A stretch of 64,000 nucleotides of DNA from assembly GCF_964355755.1 (NCBI RefSeq), contig NC_092672.1, forward strand, positions 32,122,437-32,186,436. Reading direction: 5' to 3'. Of this stretch, positions 52,301 to 61,300 are shown piece after piece. The translations under genes and the position numbers were made by a program. The number at the start of each line of letters is the position of its first letter. Position 1 is the first letter of the stretch. The DNA comes from Antedon mediterranea (Eukaryota > Animalia > Echinodermata). The notes beneath the pieces were generated by a model. The model was not told the origin of the DNA, searched no databases, and saw nothing but the letters and a program-made list of their open reading frames with translations.

Positions 52301-55300
52301 TCCATAACATGAAAAAAAATTAAGATTAATAAAATCAGACTTCATTAAATACCTTAGGCCATTTTGCAGTTTTAATCAAGTTATTCACTAATTATTCACA
52401 AAAATTGGAAATGTTTTAGGGGGACAATATATCTTTATCTTTCAAAGATTAGATTATTATTGTTGGACATTGGAAGCTATGGGACCAGCTTATGAACCCA
52501 CACCAACCACGGTACCAGCCTGTAAAAAAAAAAATAACCATTGTTTGTTTTTTATTTATAAAGATCTGAAGACATGGAAAAGGCAATGCAGACCTCAAAA
52601 GGAAAACTTTTCTTTGGATCAGAAATGCGGTTAAATGCATGGGATGGTCCAGGTAAGATCTACTGGACTGAATGTCTTTCTTGGCCTAAAGCTCTGTCTA
52701 CATTATCAAAAAAGTGTGATGTGCCCAAATATGGTAGTTGATATACCCAAATATGGTAGTGATATGACATGACCATGTCCTTATATGGACACATCACATT
52801 TGTTGTCACATAAAGTTTGATAGTGTAAACAGAGCTTTAGAAAGAGCGAGATTTATAAAGGCTATTGACTATAAAAAAAGAGTGTAGTGCTGTATGCATG
52901 AATATCTTCAAGACTGACCAAACCATGTGACTGAAAATGTTATTATAAAAATATAAATCAAACAGTTGTTTAATCAAATTGTTATTTATAGAATTAAAGG
53001 TGAGCTCCAGGTTTAAAATTACAATAAACCTTATATTACGAATGGTTACAGTAGTATAGCAGTGAGCACCACAATTCATGTTTTGCTTCTCAACTGTCGA
53101 AAAATAAGTAATTATAATAATGTCGATAAACACTATATAAATGTTGCAAATAAACAATGTGACTTTCAATCATTTACATATTATATAGCTTAACTTTCCT
53201 TGAAAACTGTGATGAACACAGTTTTAAGTACCACACTGTGTACAGAACAAAATGAATTTAATGATTCTATTGCAGTTAATAATGCAGTCATTCTTTTTGC
53301 AGTAACGTGGGATTTTAGTTTGTTTTAATGTAGAAGTTTATGAGTCAATCACGGCAATAAACAATGTGTGATTACACCAAAAAAGCTTGCTAAATAATTG
53401 AATAAACAGATTAAATAGTAAAGAGAACAGATAATATTATATTTGTCAATCAAAAGACAAATTACTGGGAAAATGACAATGCTGTGGGTATCAATCATTG
53501 GCTGGAAATACAAATAAAATAAGCACAAAGCGAAGTTTAAAGATAAAGTAAAACAGTCAGAAAGAAATTGCAGAGTTTTCAGGTAACTAACAGCAACTAA
53601 CCCATATAAAAATATCCTATCTCTTACTGTAAAGACTAATAAATTCTCTTTTCTTTCTTAAAGATGTTGGTGTAGATGAGAGTGACATTCGTTACTATGA
53701 GAAGGAGATGGATGAGTACCACCCACGAGCGACGCGGACGCTTTTCATTGGCAATTTAGATAGGACGGTATCACGTGATGAACTCGCAGAGGCGTTCCAA
53801 AAGTATGGGGATATTCTTGTAAGTGGAATCATTGAACAAATAAATAATGATGACGATTGTTCTATTTTTATGTCTGCCAGCAATCTCTGGGCTTTGTAAT
53901 TGTATATACATAATAATTATCTGGTAATGTTATGGTTATTTCCAAATGTCACACTTATTTTTAATCTTTATCTGATAGGAAATTGAGATTAAAAAGCCTC
54001 ACGGTGCCCAACCTTTTGCATTTCTTCAATTCTCCGATATCGATAGTGTTGTGAAAGCAAGAAAGAACATGGACGGCGAGTTTGTTGGGAAGAACAAAGT
54101 GAAGGTATGACCATACTGAGACCATTTGTTAGTTGTCAAACTCTCTTGTTGTTGGCTGTACCATCTTTTCTCAAATCTGTAGTGTGTTTAGGCCTTTTTT
54201 TCAACCTTTAGAATAGCAATGTCTTAGTTAAGTCAAAGATGCTCTCCAGGTGGAATGCCATCCTGAAATGAGTAGTAGTAATTAGCCTTGTTTATTTTAT
54301 TTCATTTATATGTAATTTTTACTTTCTATGGACCAGAGATTTCGAAATATGAATGAATAACTAACATAAAAAACAAAATAAATTGTTGGTCATTTGTTAT
54401 ACTGTCTAAATCTTCCGCTCAGTCAAATGGTTATTAAAGACTTTTCAACTGCTTAAACGTATTGTATTTGAATGATCGCCACTTGCCAAATGCAGCGTGT
54501 ATTGTATGAATATTTGGATATTTCTAATACTGTCTCAAATTACAGTTAACTAAATGTCATATGCAACAACCTCCATCTCCCCTCCATCTGACCATTTAGT
54601 ATAGAGATGCCACCAAATTAAAGGAGCTGAGTTGGATACAACGTATTTTGTCTAAAGCTCTGTCTACAAACTTTATGTGACAAAAAAGTGATGTGCCCAT
54701 ATATGGATATGATGATGTCATATTACTACCATATTTGGGTACATCACACTTCTTTGGTCAAAATAGTTTGATAGTGTAGACAGAGCTTTTCAAATAATGT
54801 GTACATTAGTAGACTAAACCGTATTTGATAAACATTACACCTTTACATTACAGCTTGGGTTTGGAAAGAGCATGGCAACGAATTGTGTTTGGTTAGACAA
54901 CTTACCTCATAATACAAGCGAAAGTTTTCTTTATAAACTTTTCAACAACCGGTTTGGCTCTGTATCTCGTGTCACATTTGAGAAGGCGTTTCCCAAAGCT
55001 TTGGTCCACTTTCACAACATGGACTGTGCTCAGAAAGCTGTCGTTGACGTGAAGAGTGGTCGCTTACATATATCTGGAAGAAAATTAAAGGTATATGCTT
55101 GTAATTTGATTTTCATTTATTAATTTCTTTAAATCTGACTTATTGTACTTAATGTAAATCTACATAATAGTAAAATAAAACCGATTCCATTTGGTAACAT
55201 GTTTTCATTGCGTTATTATAATTTTTTTATTACTAAAGCTTGGTTCCCACTAGAACGTAACGCAAGGACGTAAACGTAACGCAAGGACGTAAACGTAACG

Positions 55301-58300
55301 CAAGGACGTAAACGTAACGCAAGCGTTTTAACCAATGACAAGCGAAGTTATAGACAGTTAGCAATCACAAGCGAATAAGCCATCGCTTGTGATTGGTCGA
55401 TTCACTTGCGTTGCGTTACTTCCTTGTGTTGCGTTGCTAGTGGGAACCACGCTTTATGTTGCACAACTATCATTTCACTCATTTGATGCTTTTGTGTAAA
55501 TTATGTTTCAGACTATAATAATAATGTTAGTTTTTTATAGCGCCTAATACAATGTTTCTAAGCGTTTTACACCAAAAAAAATGATCAATAAAATATCCTA
55601 AGATAATAATAATAAATTTATACCACCGTTAACTGGAGAAAATATTTTGTACATAATCTTTAATTATTGCTTTTACAGTATCTATACATTAATGTTTCTG
55701 AATCTTGTTTAGGTGGATTTTGCAAGTAGAGAATGTCAGGAACTCTTCTACGACCAAATCCAGCGTACGGTTCCAAATTTTACTGATAGAAGTCGAGAGA
55801 CATCACCTACTGGTTCCTACACAAGATTCTTGAACAGAGAAACAACAACAAGGTACCAATTCGATTATTTTACAGAACATAATTTTATCCACAAAAAAAA
55901 AATCTTGTATTGTGTCACGTCTAGCTATGTTATACACAGTTATTTCAATGAACTATAATATCTAATATGGGATGGCTGTTGCTGTCAGAAGCCACAATAC
56001 TTGTGTTTAACATTGCTAGACATAATACTGCTTGCATATATGTCACACATGTGCTTGTTAAAAAAGACTATTCAATCTAAAAACAGAGATGTTACTTTTA
56101 TAGTGAATTTCGTGGAAGCGGCAGCACGTCTGGTCAGTTTGAGGGTCGACGAGGAAGTCGGTCAAACAGTTACTTCGGAAGTAATTCAAGAAGTGGATCT
56201 TTGGAAGAAGGTGGTCACTTCTCAACGACCTACTCTGGAAGTGGCAATGGAAATGGTACTGGATCGACAGCTGGAACCTTCTTTAACAAACAGGGGAGTT
56301 TTCCTGATGACTACAATTCAGGAAGTGGTAGTTATGACCCGGATGACTCGTATGAGAAAGAACTGAGGGATTACGGGCATCATCAGCGTGAAAGACACGA
56401 ACAACAGTACAAGGATGGCACGCCAAAGAGGTCATCTAAAGATAGGTAAGGTCAAAACATATTTGTGAGGTCTTACCACAAAATGAGTCTCAACAATGTT
56501 GAGATCAAATCTAGAAAGTCAATAAAAATAAATCTCTGAAATTTATATTTTCAAGAAACCCTAAACTTTATAATAACATCCATTCAGTAAAAATGTGTTT
56601 CATCTTTTTCAAATTTGATCTGTTCAAAATAATTTTAACAATATTACATACTTTTAAATTCCAAATCCTCACAAATCTAGATATAATTATCCAAGTTTTA
56701 AAGGAAGTTAAAACATATAGTATGATTTGTAGAGTGCTACTATTCTGTCTTTCTCGATTCCTTCTGTAGAATATAAAGTCCTTACATTCAGATCTTTCTT
56801 TCATTCTTACAGATCATTTGATAGAAGTCGTAAACGAAGAAGTGTTAGTGTAGACTCTCGGGATTTACATTCTTCTGATAATAGTCTACAAGACTATCGT
56901 AGCCGAAGCAATTCACCTGAATTTTGCGATTCAAAACGTGCACCACGCAGTACAGTTTCTGTTCAAAGAAAATCAAGAAGCCGGTCTCTTTCCCCAATTG
57001 GAAGCATAATCAATAAAAAGAAATATCAATTGGATAGTATTGAACGATCAGTTATTGATTCCGATAGTGCTATTTCAAAACGTGGAATATACCGGAAGAA
57101 AGATAAAGATTTTGAGGACTCAGTTTTTAATGATAAATATCGTAAAAAGAGCGGACTGCAATCTGTATTGGATTCTAAATACAAAGACTTGAAACCTGAA
57201 AAATTACGAACAGGTAGATTAAAAGATGCTATTGAGGAAACTGTGCGAGCAAATATGAAAAGAAAGGAATATGAAGAAATTCGATCTAAGCGTGTACAAG
57301 AAATGTTAAAGAACGATTCGATAGAAAGTAGTTTATTAAACGAGGGTGGTTACGATTCTGACAGATCACTAAAGAAATTGGACAATGAAAATCAGTTGAA
57401 ACGTCGAAAACTTGATTCAGATAAAAACAATGATACCAAACTGCTAAAAAAGGATGATACGCGAATTAATCGTTTAGTGAATCACTCGGATCGAATTGTT
57501 GAGGAAAAAACATTTAAAGACAATGAAAATGCATTAAGGACTAATATTATTAGCATGAACATAGCGAAATCAGCAGTTAACAGACCAACTTCTGGGGATC
57601 ATAACATTCCAATTAAAATTAAGTCCGTTCTCTACGATAAGAGATTGGTAACGGAGAAATATCGTCTTCAAAATACAAAACGTGAGGAAATTTTATCAGA
57701 GAAACCAAATAAAAAGGAACTTGTGAATAAATTCATGAGGAGTTTACGAACTGATGATGTGGATCCAGTTGAAATGGGACTTGAAGACATTGACATCGTG
57801 AAAGAGGATAATAACATCATGAAACAAAGAAACATTCTTATTGATGAAAAGTTAAAACATGTTGACAAACATTATAAATCATCAAAAACGGAAAGTAAAT
57901 CTCCGAGAGAAAAACATTCAAAGACTACAAAGTTTCCTTTTGAAGATAAAGTAATGTTAACACATTTGTTAGAATTTGGTGAAAGTAACGGGAGTGGCAG
58001 TGATCCTGAATGCCCCTGTTCTGATGACGAACACTTCATCAAAAGGGACTTGTTTGATCAATCTCGATCATCAACTCGAAAGATTTCGTTGAAGTCGAGC
58101 AACATTCCAGATCACAATAAACCGGCCATTGACAATAGTCTGAGTTACCGAAAACAAATGGAACAATTACGGCAACAACAAAATAAAGACGATGGAAGCT
58201 CAGAAAACAAGTTATCTGTTAACACGGAACAAACTAACTCTGGCCCTCTTAAGGATAATAATACTGTGGATGATATTGTTTGGACATTGATACGACTCTC

Positions 58301-61300
58301 GCCAGTAGAGCATATGAAGAAAAAGCCTCGTAGAATATCTGATAATGCATTTTACCAGCCTAACGAGGAGAGTTTTCACAAAAGGAGTTATCGACCACGT
58401 CGGAGCAGTGAAGATGAAGAACCTGAATCTAAACCCACTGATATACCAGTATCTGTGAAAGTTGATGTTGTAAAATCAGACAATGGTAGACCGGTTGATC
58501 CTAGATTAGAACCTAGGGAACAAAGGTTGCCGGTTCGGCGTGAAATTCAACTTACACCAAAAGGAACTACCATCCCATTGAGTGTAACTGTACCAGAAAT
58601 TGAGTCACCAACTGCTCTTACACCTATTAGTCCAATTGCAGACCAAAATTCCCAGCAAGCATTGGCAGACAAAGGTCATAGGCCAGGAAATGAACCAGTC
58701 AGCAATGTTACTGCGCATATGAAACCTGTTGAAACAGATTCTGAAATGTCAACAGGATTGAACTATGATAAAGGAATTAATGATAGCAATATGGCAAATT
58801 TACAAGGACGGGTTACACCTGTTCATGATGAACCTTTAATACTTCCTGCAGTGTCTTCACAAGATATTCAGAGGGACCAAATGAGACGAACTCATCAGTT
58901 TGCAACAGAATTCCACCATAATACAAGTCACACAGCACAAAAAGAGAGCTTATGCTCTCCTTTGTCAATTACTGGTCTGACTGATTCAATTCATTCAGCC
59001 CATGCTAAGTTTGGCTTCTCTAGAATTCCTGATGTTCAGGACAAAACAATGGACAATGCATTCTTGCAACCAACATCATTTGAAGCTAAACTTAGCACAT
59101 TTACTTTACCGAATTCTTTACGAACTTCTGTTCCATCATTGTCTGGTGAGAACAAAACAGAGCCATTGTCTACTAGGATGATGGCAGAGAAAGGTTATCG
59201 AATTAGAAAGAAATCAGCTGTACCATCAACTGAAGTGTCAACGTCAGTTGTGACGACTACCACAGCTATTTCAATAATGTCTACCACAACTGTAACAAAT
59301 TCTACACCTACAGAAATTGCAAAGACATCCACAATAGAGACAACACCTGTTAAAGAGGATGGAGAAGCTAGGGGTCGCAGAATTAGTATCTTTGATCAAG
59401 ATTCAGCTCGGCTAGCACATAGCACACAGAGATTCAATCGCAGACCTTCTCTACCGGTAGGAGAGAAGTCGCCGACAGGGTTTTATACAGGTTTAGACCC
59501 TTTAGGAAGACGAATCCATCATCAGAATGTGTCCTATAATCCTAAAGGGCTGTTACCACATGCCTCTTCGAACTTAACTTCATCTGTTTATTCTGTCACT
59601 AGCAGTGTGCCTTTACAACGTGACTCTCTACCGAACAATTTACATGATCCGAGACCTTTAAAAGGAACTATCAACAATTATAACATGGTTCAGTCTAAAG
59701 AAAAACCAGTGATTTTGTCGGACTCACAAACTGAAGACAGTAATGTCTTATCAGGAAAACCAGTTGCTCCTTACACACCTGTAAAGGTTCATACCGTTGA
59801 GGAAAGACCACAACTGAAAGATCACAGAGATTTTGTAAGAATATCTGCTGCTGTTCCTAATCAGAAGTCTGAAACAGCCGAACCAACTCCATCAGCAACT
59901 TCTTTTGATTCTGTGTTGCCGAAACCAACAAAAGAGATGGAGACACCACAAATTAAACAGGAACCTGCTTCTGATGATGTGTTTAAGAAGAGTTTAAGTA
60001 ACATACCAAATGTTGTGAAAGAAGAAATTAAGAAAGAAATTACAACTTCGTGTATCAGTGGTCCATCTTTACCAGGAAAAGAGGAGAATGAGTTGCCATC
60101 TCCAAAGGAAATTAAGCCAGATACAACAATGGCCAAGTTACCCAATGAAAGTGCTCAATCACCGCCTGTTGTGACAACAAGTCCAGAGTCTGTACCATTG
60201 AAATCTATCCTTAAGAAAGACAAAACTGATTATTCTGTGCCATCTGGTCCAGTTTCCTCGAAATCCACTGATAGCAAAACTGATCCACCACCTGAAGTAC
60301 CAGTTAAGAAACCAAAAGATCAATCTCTAAAAAGAAAAAGGTCACCGAGTCCAATAGGAAAAGCAGCAAATTCTAATTCTAAAGCCAGTCTGTCAATGAA
60401 AACCCAAAGTAAAATATCAACCACTGGAAAACCAGTTGCGAAGAAGTCCAATAAAATAACCAATCCGGACAGTAAGATTGATAAACCAATTGGAAGTGTA
60501 AAGAAATCTGGCGTAAAAATAAATAAGGACAAGTCGAGCATTACTACAAAAGAACAAAGCAAACTAAGTACTATTGGAAAAGATAAATCAAACACAGTTG
60601 CTAAAGATTTATCAAGTAAACAATTTTCTAAAGAATCTAAACCATCGATAAAAGAATCTACTAAAGCAACTAACATGAAAGATGTTAAAGACAATAACAA
60701 GAATGTTTCTACTGCTAAAGAGGGAACAAAAACAACAGTTTCAAATAAAGACACTTCAAAGACATTGACTAAAGATTCTATTAAACAATCTGCTAAAGAT
60801 ACTGGAAAATCTAGTACAGTTACTAAAGAATCTAATAATAAGTCTAATAACACAAATAAAACTCTAAAAGAAAAGAAATCAGTAAGTGAAACAGAGACTA
60901 AAGTAGCAAAGCATAATAAGGATGCAAGTAAAGAATATGTTACCAAGCAGGAAAAGAAAGAATTAAGTAGTGTATCATTAGATAAAAAGAAAGATGACGC
61001 TAAGAAACCTGAGATAAAAGAAAAAGACAATAAAACCAAGTTGGCTCCATCTAAAGGAAAAAAGAAAGATATCAAGGAAAAGATAAAGAAAGAGAAAGTA
61101 GAAGATCCTGACGAAAAGCCACATTTAGAAAAAGAAACAAAACCAGTTAAGAAAAAGGTTGAAGAGGAGGTTAAGCTTACAAAAGCATTAAAACATTTAA
61201 GTGGAAAATCAAAGAAACCAGGAGATAGGAAAGTAAAAGATGAATTTAAGAAAGAGGAAGGAAAAGTAAAACATCAAGAGTCAAAGGTGAAGGAAGACAC

